64,000 nt of DNA from Mantamonas sphyraenae STR306 (lineage: Eukaryota; Protista; CRuMs): contig JAPMXV010000008.1 of the NCBI GenBank assembly GCA_026936335.1, positions 186,001 through 250,000 on the forward strand, given 5' to 3'. Below are positions 45,064-56,580 of the stretch, piece by piece. Numbering within the stretch: position 1 is the stretch's first letter; every line of letters starts with the position of its first letter. Under the pieces are notes generated by a model that saw only the letters and a list, made by a program, of their open reading frames with translations, did no database searches and was not told where the DNA came from. The position numbers and the translations under genes were made by a program.

Positions 45064-47055
45064 TCAATTGGCCAACATGTACACCATGATTAACTTGTGC
45101 GTGAGCACCACAAGCAAGTCTTGCGAAGTGAGCTGGATTCCCAGGATGCGATGCTCTTCGCCTTCCGCTTCGCTGATCTCCAGCACTTGATGCCTCCCAA
45201 AGGCGGAGCGGTCGGCATTGTCCTGGGTCGCATGCCTTCGATAAACATACACGTAGCGGTGCATGTCTGCCAGAGCCATGTACTTTGCGTTGTGGCTGAC
45301 GCTGCAGCACTTGAGCTGCTTCTTACCGGCCGTCACATAGGCCATGGCGTCAAACGTACACTCGTGAGTCGCTTCCAGTGCAGGGTGGCCATCTGAGTCG
45401 TACATGTGCACGTTCACCACCAAGGCATCGACACCGAGGCGAGCACAAAAGGCCGGGTTGCCGCGGCTGCTGCCCAAGGTGTCAGCAGCAAACATCCAGT
45501 CCAAGCCACCCAAGGCCAAGTGGTGGCTGAGTACACACGCGGAGCCACCCTCTTCGACGTCAAAGCGAAACACAAGCACATCGTCGCTGCTTCGTTCTGC
45601 ATCGTCCTCATCGTATGTCCCTTCCATCCCGTCTTCGTCGTCGCCTACTTTGCGCAGACCATGCCCGTACATGGGGCTCTGTACATCGCTTGTCAACTGG
45701 TCTATCAGCGACTGTTCCTCTTCCTCTTCCTCTTCCTCTTCCTCCCCTTCCACGACCATGTCACCCCCGCGCCTGCTGCTGCTTCCACTGTCCTCGTCGT
45801 GGCTGCTGTTGCTGCTGCCCGACACAAAATTAATCATGGTTTCGCCCCGCAGCAGTTTCTCCATGGCAAGGCGCAGGTCACGCACATCGACATCGTCCTC
45901 GTCTTCGTCCAGGCGGTCGTCGTCGTCGTCCTTCTCGTTGTTGTGAACACTCTCCACTTCCACCGCATCCTCCTCGCCCGTCTCTCCGTCCTGGAGCCAG
46001 CCACCATAGCCTACGACGACAAAGGCGTCGCCTGAAGGATGCAGGCGCACCTGTTTGAAGCTTGCAGCTGCACGTGTGCTCCACTCGCCGGTCATGTGCA
46101 GCGTCCCACTTTCCGCGTCCTCATGCAGCGTCCAGCACAGCAAATGGTGGGTCACAGTGCCCCTGCGTTCGTGAAACGTCTGGCTTTGGGCCATCATGGA
46201 GGTGTGCCCGCCACTTGGGCTGCCTGTGTGTGTCTGCATACTGTGCTGTGCGCCACGTCGTTCTGCAAACGACGCAAGCACACGCAGAGTGCCGTCATTC
46301 AGCACGGCGTCGTGGAGGACAAAGCCATGGCCACGGGTGTGGCCTGTGAGACAGGTGTGCAGAAGCACTTGTTTGCTGGTCATGTCCCACACGCTCAGGT
46401 TTCCGTCGCCGTCTGAAAACACAACCCATTGCCGCTCCTGCTCGACCACACTCAGCACAGAGATGCGCTCGTGGCTGAGCACTTCCACCGCTTCGTTGCA
46501 GCCGTGGTCGCCCGTGTCTTCCAATGACCCAAAGTCCACCACGGCCTCCTGCTCAAGGTACCGTGTAAACTCCTCGCCCGCATCCAGCTTGACATTGATC
46601 CCCAGCGCGTACAACACACCCTCTGTGTCCAGATAGTACATGCGCCGTGCAGCACGCATGCTGTCCACAAACAGCAAATTCTGCTTGCTGGCAGCGGCCA
46701 CTCTGAGGAGTTGCATCTGCGTGTCAGTCCGTCTCCCCGTGTGCAATGCCGCCTCACCATCGACGTGCCCATTGCCATTGACTGTGTCCGGTGAGACTCT
46801 CACACGTGCAGGCGTGCATGCAGTGGAACAAGACACAGGGAACACGTACTTGGCATAGGAAAACTCGGAAGGCTCGTCGGGTTGCCGAGGCTCGTACGGA
46901 CAGGAGGCGACGGCGGCGTGAAAGTCAAAGCCCAGCAATTGTTTGCTGAGCCGGTATCCTTCAAAATCTTCGTTGATGAGCGCGGCGTCGTGCTGGAAGG
47001 CATCGCAGCGCTGACCCAGTTTGGGCAGCGTGGAAGTTTTGACCATTGCTTCCAT
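45064..47055 (-). CDS. NUDCD1: NudC-domain-containing protein 1-like (probable in-frame intron 46849-46703)
   Basis: LINEDFEGYRLS, SDGDGNL, FCARLGVDALV, H..TFDAMAYV.AGK, ILGIQ. Confidence 0.75.
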   Translation of the reverse strand: MEAMVKTSTLPKLGQRCDAFQHDAALINEDFEGYRLSKQLLGFDFHAAVASCPYEPRQPDEPSEFSYAKYVFPVSCSTACTPARVRVSPDTVNGNGHVDGEAALHTGRRTDTQMQLLRVAAASKQNLLFVDSMRAARRMYYLDTEGVLYALGINVKLDAGEEFTRYLEQEAVVDFGSLEDTGDHGCNEAVEVLSHERISVLSVVEQERQWVVFSDGDGNLSVWDMTSKQVLLHTCLTGHTRGHGFVLHDAVLNDGTLRVLASFAERRGAQHSMQTHTGSPSGGHTSMMAQSQTFHERRGTVTHHLLCWTLHEDAESGTLHMTGEWSTRAAASFKQVRLHPSGDAFVVVGYGGWLQDGETGEEDAVEVESVHNNEKDDDDDRLDEDEDDVDVRDLRLAMEKLLRGETMINFVSGSSNSSHDEDSGSSSRRGGDMVVEGEEEEEEEEEEQSLIDQLTSDVQSPMYGHGLRKVGDDEDGMEGTYDEDDAERSSDDVLVFRFDVEEGGSACVLSHHLALGGLDWMFAADTLGSSRGNPAFCARLGVDALVVNVHMYDSDGHPALEATHECTFDAMAYVTAGKKQLKCCSVSHNAKYMALADMHRYVYVYRRHATQDNADRSAFGRHQVLEISEAEGEEHRILGIQLTSQDLLVVLTHKLIMVYMLAN

Positions 47056-47181
47056 GGGCGCACGACCACGCGGCGCATGCAATGAAGGCCACGTGGGGGT
47101 CGCAGGGCACGCAGTCAGAGTCGGGGAAAATCGTGCAAAGGCGATGGTGCCGATGCGCAAGGGCATGCGCCAACTGAAGCA

Positions 47182-47685
47182 ATGGCGAGTGACAAGCGAG
47201 GGAACTGGCACAACGAAGTCCAGAATAACATCGACGAGGTATCCCAAGTGCTGGGGCGCGAGATGGGCTCCTCACGAAATGGGTTGGAGAACAACGAGGG
47301 CGTACAGGTGACTGTGGAGTGGGCCGAGCAGCTGAACGAGGCGCACGCCAAACCCTGGCGATGTTTTGCCCTCTTGCAGCATGCCGATCCAGAAGGCTCC
47401 GCTGGCCCGGGAAGCCCCGAGGTGCTGGTCGTGTGTGACGCGTACTATGGCTACCGCATGATTGATTCGAGTGAGCTGGGCAAGAGCAAGGACTTTGACG
47501 AGGTCATGGACGAGCTCACGGGAGACGAGAAGGACCCCGAAGGAGGTGCAGAAAATGGCAAAAAGCAAAGTGACGCATGTTGGTACGATAGCCTGGACAG
47601 TCTGCTGCAGGCACATACGGACCAGTATCGCACGATGTTTTATGACTCGCTCACTCAAAAATTGGCCGACCTAGCCAGGGGCTGA
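47182..47685 (+). CDS. GSKIP (DUF727)-like protein
   Basis: C-terminal [16 protein letters not shown]...L.QKL..L resembles the GSKIP helix motif. Confidence 0.55.
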   Translation: MASDKRGNWHNEVQNNIDEVSQVLGREMGSSRNGLENNEGVQVTVEWAEQLNEAHAKPWRCFALLQHADPEGSAGPGSPEVLVVCDAYYGYRMIDSSELGKSKDFDEVMDELTGDEKDPEGGAENGKKQSDACWYDSLDSLLQAHTDQYRTMFYDSLTQKLADLARG

Positions 47686-49581
47686 GGAAAGTCGCTGGTG
47701 GTGGTGCAGGATAGCGAGCAAGCTCGAAGGCCGAACTCCGCTCACTCGCGACGCGGCCTTGAGCGTGCTGGGACGTGCCACACTCAATTTCTCCCTCTCC
47801 TCGGTGGACAGATCCTGGATGGAGGTGTAATCCAGGTCCTCGTCCAATGGCATGTTGTGATGCGCATGCAACAGACGAATGTCGCGGTCCTGCTTCTCCA
47901 GCAGCCTGCGGTACTTGACCTCTCCGCTCACAAGAGCGTGCATGGTGCGATCGTCGCCCAGCCCCAGATCAATGCCCGCCAATGCCTGCACCTGGGCGAC
48001 GTCGATGCCCTTGTACGACTCGAGGAGGTCGTGCGCGCTTCTACTGCGTCCATCAGCGGCCAGGCGCGGGCCATTGCCATCGCCATACAGTGCCTCGAGG
48101 CGCCGGTTCCACTCATTGGGGGAATGCTCACACGCGTGCAATTGTTCGAGGTTGGCCTTGAGGCGCTCGCTGCAGAGGCGAGCGTGTTCCAAGCGAGCGG
48201 GATTGGCGATGGCGCCGATACGATCGTGTGCCATGTGCGTCAGACGCAGATGGGCGTTGTCAGCACGAAGGCGCAAACGATACTCTGCACGCGACGTGAA
48301 CATTCGGTAGGGCTCCGAGGCGCCCATGTGGATGAGGTCGTCGATGAGGACGCCAATATAGGCGTCCGCTCGTGTCAAAATGAAAGGCTCACGCTTCTGT
48401 ACAGCCAGGGCAGCGTTGAAGCCCGCCATGATTCCTTGTGCAGCTGCCTCTTCGTACCCTGTGGTGCCATTGATCTGTCCGGCGAGATACAAGCCGGGCA
48501 GCTTGCGCGATTCCAGCGTAGGGCGCAGTTGCCGCGGATCCACATAGTCATACTCCACTGCATAGCCCGGTTGGATCATGCGAGCCTCTTCGAGGCCGTG
48601 GATGGAGTGCAGCATCTGCTCCTGGATGCTTGCCGGCAGGGAGGTGCTCAGACCCGCTGGATAGACCACGTCCGTAGTCAGACCCTCGGGTTCCAACCAC
48701 ACCTGATGAGAGTCACGTTGGCCAAAGCGCACCACTTTGAGCTCGATGGATGGGCAATAGCGCGGACCGACACCCTTGCCCTGCGCCCCGTCGAAGTCGG
48801 CCGTCTCGGCCAGGTTGGCGCGGATGAGGTCGTGAGTGTGTGTGTTTGTGCGTGTGGCGTGGCAATGCAGCTGCTGGTCGTGCAGAGGCACCTGTTGAGT
48901 CATGTAGGAGAAGGGAGTGATGACGTCGTCGCTTGCTTGCGGTTGCAACCGGCTGTAGTCGATTGTTGTGCCATCAATGCGTGGTGGAGTGCCCGTCTTT
49001 AGCCTTCCCATGTCCATGCCCGCACGCAGCAATGTGTGCGACAGTGCGTGGACGGGTGCCTCGCCAAGACGTCCACCGCTGGTTTTCTCCTTGCCCACAT
49101 GCATGACTCCACGCAGAAATGTGCCTGTAGTCAGCACCACTCGGTCGGCTTCGATTTCCTGGCCGTCCTGTGTGATGATGCCTCTGCAGCGGCCGTTGTC
49201 CACGAGCAGGTCGTCGACGCCGGCCTCGACGATCTGCAAGTTTGGGTACGCACGCACGGTGGCCTGCATCTCCTGTCGGTACAGCTCTCGGTCCACTTGG
49301 GCACGAGGACCCTGCACGGCGGCGCCCTTGCTCTGGTTGAGCATGCGGAAATGCACGCCAGCGGCATCAGCAACGCGGCCCATGATTCCGTCGAGTGCGT
49401 CGATCTCGCGCACGAGATGCCCCTTGCCGATGCCGCCGATCGACGGATTGCACGACAGCACGCCAATGGTGTCTGTGTTTTGGGTCACGAGCAACGTGGG
49501 CACGCCCAGACGAGCAGCGGCAGCGGCACACTCTGTGCCTGCGTGGCCACCGCCGACGACAAGAACTCGACGCTGGAGCAT
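47671..49581 (-). CDS. MTO1: Mitochondrial tRNA modification protein MTO1/MnmG (GidA); intronless
   Basis: [68 protein letters not shown]. Confidence 0.96.
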   Translation of the reverse strand: MLQRRVLVVGGGHAGTECAAAAARLGVPTLLVTQNTDTIGVLSCNPSIGGIGKGHLVREIDALDGIMGRVADAAGVHFRMLNQSKGAAVQGPRAQVDRELYRQEMQATVRAYPNLQIVEAGVDDLLVDNGRCRGIITQDGQEIEADRVVLTTGTFLRGVMHVGKEKTSGGRLGEAPVHALSHTLLRAGMDMGRLKTGTPPRIDGTTIDYSRLQPQASDDVITPFSYMTQQVPLHDQQLHCHATRTNTHTHDLIRANLAETADFDGAQGKGVGPRYCPSIELKVVRFGQRDSHQVWLEPEGLTTDVVYPAGLSTSLPASIQEQMLHSIHGLEEARMIQPGYAVEYDYVDPRQLRPTLESRKLPGLYLAGQINGTTGYEEAAAQGIMAGFNAALAVQKREPFILTRADAYIGVLIDDLIHMGASEPYRMFTSRAEYRLRLRADNAHLRLTHMAHDRIGAIANPARLEHARLCSERLKANLEQLHACEHSPNEWNRRLEALYGDGNGPRLAADGRSRSAHDLLESYKGIDVAQVQALAGIDLGLGDDRTMHALVSGEVKYRRLLEKQDRDIRLLHAHHNMPLDEDLDYTSIQDLSTEEREKLSVARPSTLKAASRVSGVRPSSLLAILHHHQRLSSAPG

Positions 49582-49642
49582 TGTTGCTGTTGGTTCGCAT
49601 GCCGCATGCTCCACCACCACAACACACTCGCACGCAGCACGC

Positions 49643-51249
49643 ATGAGCAGCAAGCAAGAAAGCAACACAAACGCCACACGCATTGGCCTGTATGGTCTGG
49701 GCGTGATGGGCCAGAACCTGGCTCTGAACTTTGCCAGCAAAGGATTCCCCATCAGCGTGTGCAACCGCTCGTCAGCCAAGGTCGACGCCACGGTGGCCCT
49801 TGCCGAGGAGCAGGGTCTGTCCGATGTCGTCGCCGGCTACCACAGCCTGGCCGATTTCGTTGCCTCCATCGAGCGACCGCGTTCCGTGATCATCATGGTC
49901 ACTGCAGGCAAGGCTGTGGATGACACCATCGCTGCGCTGGTGAGTTGTGCTTCCACCTCGCGTCGGCTTGCTTTTTTCCGGCCGTCCCCTGCGTGCACAC
50001 ACACTGACTCTGGAGCATGGAACCACACGTGGGTGTACAGAGCGAGCTGCTGGACGTGGGAGACGCCATCATCGACGCGGGCAACGAGTGGTACGAGAAC
50101 ACGGAGCGGCGTGCGGCGGAATTGGAGAAAGCCGGCGGTGGAATCAGGTATCTGGGGATGGGCGTGTCGGGCGGCGAGGAGGGAGCTCGGTACGGCCCAT
50201 CGATGATGCCTGGCGGATCAAAGGAGGCTTACGAGGCGATCGAGGACATGCTGCTCAAGGTGGCGGCGCAGGTGGACGACCAAGCGTGCTGCACGTTCAT
50301 CGGGGCAGGAGGCGCTGGCAACTATGTCAAGACGGTGCACAATGGCATCGAATACGGCGACATGCAACTGATCACCGAGTCGTACGATGTGCTGAAGCAG
50401 CTCGGAGGCCTGGACAACGAAGCCCTGAGTGCACAGTTTGCCGAGTGGAACCAAGGCGAGCTGCAGTCGTTTCTGGTGGAGATTACGGCCGACATCCTGG
50501 CGCAGAAGGACACGGCCTCGGTGGAGGGTGGCGGAGACGGAGACGCAGACACGCAGGAGTATCTTTTGGACAAGGTGCTGGACAAGTGTGGCATGAAGGG
50601 CACGGGCATGTGGACGGTGGAGGAGGCAGCTCGCCAGCACGTGAGCGCACCCAACATTGCCGCTGCCCTGGACGCTCGCTACATGAGCGGCCTCAAGGAG
50701 GAGCGCGTGGAAGCGTCACAGGTGCTGTCGGGCCCACAGGTGGACACATCGGGTGTGGACGTGGAGCAACTGCGCAAGGACGTGGGCGACGCTCTGTACT
50801 TTGCCAAGATCTGCTGCTACGCTCAGGGCATGAACCTGATTGCAGCGGCAGGGAAGACCAACGGCTGGGACCTGGACCTGGGCGAGATTGCACGCATCTG
50901 GAAGGGTGGCTGCATCATCCGCGCTGTGTTCCTGGACCGAATCAAGGCCGCCTACGATCGCAACGCAGATCTCAAGTCGCTTCTGCTCGACGACGAGTTC
51001 CGCAAGGAGGTTGTGGACCGACAGCACGCGGTGCGTCGTCTGGTAGCCCTGGCTGTGTCGCAGGGCATCGCCGTGCCTGCGTTTTCCGCTGCTCTGGCCT
51101 ACTTTGACAACTACCGACGTGCACGCATGCCTGTGTCCATGATCCAGGCGCAGCGTGACTATTTCGGTGCTCACACCTACGAGCGTGAGGACAAGGAGGG
51201 CAAGTTCCATGCACTGTGGGAGCATGGCGCAGGCGCAAGCAACAAGTGA
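49643..51249 (+). CDS. PGD: 6-phosphogluconate dehydrogenase (2 exons)
   Basis: Intron 49940-50040; [55 protein letters not shown]. Confidence 0.97.
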
Positions 51250-51257
51250 GTCAGGAC

Positions 51258-52922
51258 ATGCAAATGAAGCTGAGCAACCACACGGTGTTGATCAGTCTGG
51301 TGTTGGCCATGTGCGTGTTTGTTGCTGTCGCCGGCCCCATCCCCAAGCCGGCGTACTGCGGGATTGCTCCGGGCACCGACCGTGTGCTGGAGATCCCGCC
51401 CCCCAAGGTAGGTCCACACATGAGCCCCCAACTTCAGAGAAGGGGCATATGGGTACATAGCATGGGTTAAATTGCACATGTGGTGTCCAATGGCATGATA
51501 GGGTGTTCTGTAGACGGCAAGAGAGGGGAAAGGGTCACGGGCGAAAAGAAACCGGCATCCACGCAATTTTGCTACGGGGCGTCGTGGGGGCGATAGAGGG
51601 AATGTAGACGCAGGACAGCACAGAGAAAGGGAACTGACATCGCAGGGTGATGGGCGCGTGACATTCACTTGGACGCATGCACATATGCGCGTGGACACAC
51701 TGGGACGGACCAACCGGAACGACGTCGCGGGCACACACAGAACGGAGACGACGAGCTGATCCAGGTGCACACGTTCATCCGACACGGAGACCGCACGAGC
51801 GAGGCTGCCGGATGCTGGCCGAACGACAAGGGCAAGTGGGACTGCGAGCTGACGCAGACGTCTGTGCCGAGCACGCGACGCAGCGACGGGACGCTCAACA
51901 CGCCGTTCCTGTTCCGACGTGCGTACCAGAACGGCAGCGAACCGATCCCGGGCACCAACTGCGTCCAGATGCAGCTGACGACGCGTGGCTACGAGCAGCA
52001 GATGAACAACGGCGCAGCGCTGCGCAAGGCGTACATCAACACGGGCCTGCTGCCCGGTTCGTACAACGCGTCGGCGATGCTGCTGCGCGCTGACGACATG
52101 GATCGATGCATGCAGAGTGCCGAGGCGCTTGTGCTGGGCATGTACCCGTCTGCGGCCGAGGTGAAGGATGCCACCGTGTCTAGTGTCCCTGTGATCGACA
52201 TTGTGACCATGGGACAGATGTACCAGATCTTCTACCCGAACAACCGACTGTGCCCTGCGGCACAGGATCTGAACAACCAAGCTCAGTACACGAGTGCATA
52301 CAGCAAGTTCCAGCAGGACACGATGTGGCCGCTGCAGCAGGAGCTTGCGACCGCACTGAACATGCCCACCAGCCAGACAAACGTGCATTTGCTGTGGGAC
52401 TGCTTCTTCTTCCATTTGTGCCACGACCAGGATCTGCCGGACACCATCGACGAGGATCTGTTCAACAAGGTGAACAACGCGGTGCTGTGGGGCAACAAGT
52501 ACATCAACACATACCCCAACGCCACAGTGAACGGCAAGTTCCAGATTGGTCTGCTGCTGAAGGACATGTTTGCGAGCATGCAGCAGATTACGGGCGAGGC
52601 CGAGGCCGAGGGCGATGTCCCTCGGTTTGTGCTGTATTCGGGCCACGATTCGACGCTCATGCCCGTGCTGTACGCGTACGACGTGTTTGACGGCACCTGG
52701 ACGCCGTTTGCAGGCATGATCAACTTTGAGGTGTACAAGAGCAGCAGCATGAGCAGCGGATTTGGCGTGCGCATGCTGTACGACGGAACACCGCAGGCCA
52801 TCCCGGGCTGCGAGAGCGCAGACATGTGCGACTGGAAGACCTTTTCGCAGATCACGGCCGACCTGATCCCCACGCACGACGAGTGCTTCGACACGTCGTT
52901 CCGTTATGGCCGTCGCTGGTGA
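51258..52922 (+). CDS. Secreted/lysosomal histidine acid phosphatase (2 exons)
   Basis: Signal peptide (ATG 51258 or 51264), intron 51408-51740, RHGDRT and YSGHDSTL motifs. Confidence 0.9.
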
Positions 52923-55900
52923 TGAGTGTGCGGAAGCGATCCCTGCCCAAACAAAACTCTCGTTTCGCTCCCAACCTCAGTGGGGCAGCCATGGATGGGT
53001 GTGGACGCCTGCAGGTGAAGCGTAGCAACAGTGGCACGCTCTCCGACATGTATCCGAGCACCAAGCATGCGTCGCCGCCTGCACAGAAGCGTCAGCGGGT
53101 GGAAGCTGATCCGATTGCGGGTTCTCAAGAACCCGCCGGTTTGGGCGAGCGCCACGACCGAGGTGGGGGCAAGGAGAACGAGCAAAGCAGTACAACCAAC
53201 TATTTATTTGTAGAGACAGGCGATCACGCGTGTTTGAATGACTCAATCCACCTGGCCAAGGTGAACGAGTGGGGCTTCCAGGTGAGCGATGACGACGAAC
53301 TGTGGATGCTGGATCAGGTGCTGGCTGCGGAAGCTCAACTGGCCGCAGTGTCGCAAGAAGCTTCCCAAACAGTGTCTAGCAATGGAAGGAGCAGCAGGGC
53401 TCGAAGCAGCCACAGCCACAACGACAAGGGCGATGCAAAGACGGAGGCCGAAGACGACGATTTGGCTCTCGCCGAACTGCTTGCGTTGGAGGAGGAACTT
53501 GGGGAGGTGGAGGACACATCGTTGTACACAGAGGTGGAATTGGAACTGGGCGAGGAGGAGACGAAGCATCAGGGAGACTGGGAGGATGGGTACGGTGGTG
53601 GCGACGAGGACAAGAGTGACGCGCGCGCAATCCGTTGCGTGCGCAACTGGATGATGCCAACTGCGATGCGCACGTACCTGGAGAACAAAAAGATCCGGGA
53701 ACTGTTTGAATGGCAGACAGAGGCGTTGGTGAAGGCCAACGGCCTGCAGGAAGGGATGTCAGCGAACGAGGCTCCGATCAATCTTGTGTACAGCGCACCA
53801 ACGAGTGCAGGCAAGTCCATGGTAGCAGAGCTGCTGATGGCACAGAGCGTGTCTGTGCGCAAGAAGAAGAGCATGTATGTGCTGCCCTACTGTGCCCTGG
53901 TGATGGAGAAGATGGAATCTATGAGCAAGATGTGTCCCGACTTTACCGTCGTCGGGTACTACAACACAGAGGGAGGCCCCACCTTTGCAGAAGACGTCGA
54001 CGTGGCAGTGTGCACCATTGAAAAGGCAAACAGTCTCATCGACGGCCTGATCGAAGAGAACAGGCTGCATCAGCTGGGCTGTGTGGTGGCCGACGAGATG
54101 CACTTGCTTGGCGATTCGCACAGGGGCTACCTGCTCGAGGGTCTGCTGACCAAGCTGCAGTACAACAACGTGCAAGCGGAGAAACACAAGCAGAACAAGG
54201 TACGGCGCAAGGGCGATCGTATCTGGGAGCCTGTGCATCTCGTGGGTATGAGCGCCACGGTGGCCAATTTGGACGCCGTCGCCGCATGGCTGTCGGCAGA
54301 GGTGTACGTCACAGACTTCCGTCCGGTAGAGTTGAAGGAGTATGTGATGAGGAGACTGCCTGGAAACTGTGACACGCTAGAGGTGCAGGCGCTGGATCTG
54401 ATGAGGCTGAATGAGACCGCGGACGGCCTGGATAATGTCACGAGTTTGGACACAAGGACGGAAGACACTCTCAGGCGGTACATGTACACCGCGTTGAATA
54501 AGATGGAGTCTCGGTCTGTGGCGTATCTTGTGCTGCAGGCGTTGGAACAGGACGGCGGCCCGCATCCAGTTCTCGTGTTTTGTTCGTCGCGCAAGCGATG
54601 CCAGGACACGTGCGACAACGTGGCAAAGGCGCTGGCTGAGGCGCAGAAACAGAGGCGTACATTGATGCACGGTAAGCCCGATGTTAAGTGGCATCTGGAC
54701 AATTTGGAAGTCATACGTGACGGATTGTCTCAGGAACTGGAGGAGATGGGAGCGCCAAAGACGCTTGTGGACAGCGTGCGACACGGCGTGGCATATCACC
54801 ATGCAGGACTAAGCAACGAAGTACGGGCAGGGGTGGAGCAGGCGTACAAGGCAGGGTACATCAACGTGCTGATGGCCACATCGACGCTGGCGGCAGGCGT
54901 GAATCTGCCTGCACGGCGTGTGATCATCGATGGACTGAGGTTGGGCACATCGAGGCTCGACATCGTGCGCTACAAGCAGATGTGTGGGCGAGCAGGTCGT
55001 ACGGGCGAGCCGTTTGGAGAGTCGATCATGTTGGTGGACTGGAAGGGCAGCGACGACCAGCAGGCTGTCGAGTTGCTGCAAGGAACCATGCCCATGTTGG
55101 AGTCTCACATGGGGAGCGATCGTAGCGGAGTGCAGCGCTTGCTGCTCGAAGCAGTGACCCGTGGCCTGGCCAACCGTTCGGGGGAGATGTTTCAGCTGTG
55201 CGAGTGCACTCTGTTTGCAGCCCTGTCCAAGGGAACAGACAAGAAGGAAAGGGAGGCCGAGGCGGTTGTGAATGCTTTCGTGGAGTCGGTAAGGAAAGAC
55301 TTTCAGCAATTGGGGCTTCAGGGCATGATGTGGCAAGACCAAAAGAACGAGCCGCCACAGTTCCGTCCGACGACATCCGGACGTGCTGCTGCAGTATCTG
55401 CCATGAGTCCCGCCGAGGCGACGTTTGTCGAGCAGGAGATGGAGTTGGCGCTGAAGGGACTCAATCTGGAGTCTGACTTGCATCTGCTGTACCTTGCAAT
55501 GCCCGTGGAGCTGTCGTACCGGCCCGACTTTGCCATCCTGGAGAAACTGTTTCCACGCCTGGTCGATGAAGAATTTGACGACACCTTTCTGCAGGCCGAC
55601 GAGCAGCTGGTTCGCCGTGTTGGCTTGCTGGTGAACGTGACTGGAAAAGGGGTCGAGCGGCTGCGTGTCCACCGTGGCAACGTTGACAAGATTCCGCTGG
55701 ACATTTGGACACGGCAGGATTGGGTGGAAAAGATTAAGGAGTTGACGCATAGGAAGGCGCAGATGGAGAGGATCGCACGGGACGATGGGCAGAGACAGAC
55801 AATCGCGGATCTTGAAAAGCAGATCAAGGATTTCAAGGACAAAGTGGCACTTCAGGATTCGATGAGACGCGTGCGGCGCTTCTGGGGAGCCATTGTGCTG

Positions 55901-55955
55901 GATGACATGCTGTCGCAGTCGTCCAGTGCAGTGGATGCAGCCGAGAAAGGCGATC

Positions 55956-56007
<52 letters not shown>

Positions 56008-56519
56008 TCGTCAGGAGGTGAGGCACGCATAGAAGTCAAGGATTGGTACAACATGGACCAGGGCGAGGTTGACTCCTTGTACGATCTGGCTGGTGTTTTC
56101 TGTTCAGGGCAGCGCGGTTTGCGCGTGAGATGAACAGGACGATGCTGGCTGTTCAGCTAGAAAATCTGCAGGAACGAGTGGCAGCAGGTGTGGATGAACG
56201 TCTGGTGCCGTTGACGCGCATATTTGGTGTGGGTCGTTCCCGTGCCCTGCATCTGTTCCGAAACAAGGTGCACAGCGTGCACGACGTCGTCGACCTGGGC
56301 GTGGGTGGCTTGAAGCACATATTCAAGCGCAGTATTACCGGAAAAGGCAAAGCAGACGCCGTCAATGTGATGACAGAGGAGTTTGTCCAGCGGATGTTCA
56401 ACAGCGCCGTGGGCATTGTGCGTGCAGAGCTGCGAGCAGCAGAGATGGCTCAGAGCCAGGCCAGAATGGCTCTTGAAGCAAGCATCAAGGGCAAAATGCA
56501 AGTGATTGGTGGATTGTGA
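52922..56519 (+). CDS. POLQ/HELQ-family superfamily-2 DNA helicase with no polymerase domain; two apparent single-base deletions near 55900-55956 and 56107-56109
   Basis: NLVYSAPTSAGKS, DEMHLLGDSHRGYLLE, GMSAT, YHHAGL, TSTLAAGVNLPARRV, YKQMCGRAGR, C-terminal HhH-like GVGRSRA; start could be 52922, 52991 or 53048. Confidence 0.85.
55957..56006 (+). repeat. (AGC)n trinucleotide repeat, about 16-17 units, inside the helicase gene
   Basis: Read directly; poly-Ser in the frame that continues into EVKDWYN. Confidence 0.9.
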
Positions 56520-56580
56520 GGGGCACAGGACAAAGAGGAATGAACAGCGAGGCACCAACCTGACCAAGTAAACCGACGCA

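Noticed and set aside
12979-49645. Divergent genes sharing a palindromic CATG start (ATG3/DIS3L, MTO1/PGD)
   Set aside because: C before ATG is common start context; homology of DIS3L and MTO1 begins at the later ATGs
56018-56107. GT-AG intron explaining the helicase break
   Set aside because: Splicing it from the upstream frame hits a stop within a few codons, and the segment encodes helicase-like sequence (EVKDWYNMDQGEVDSLYDLAGVF)
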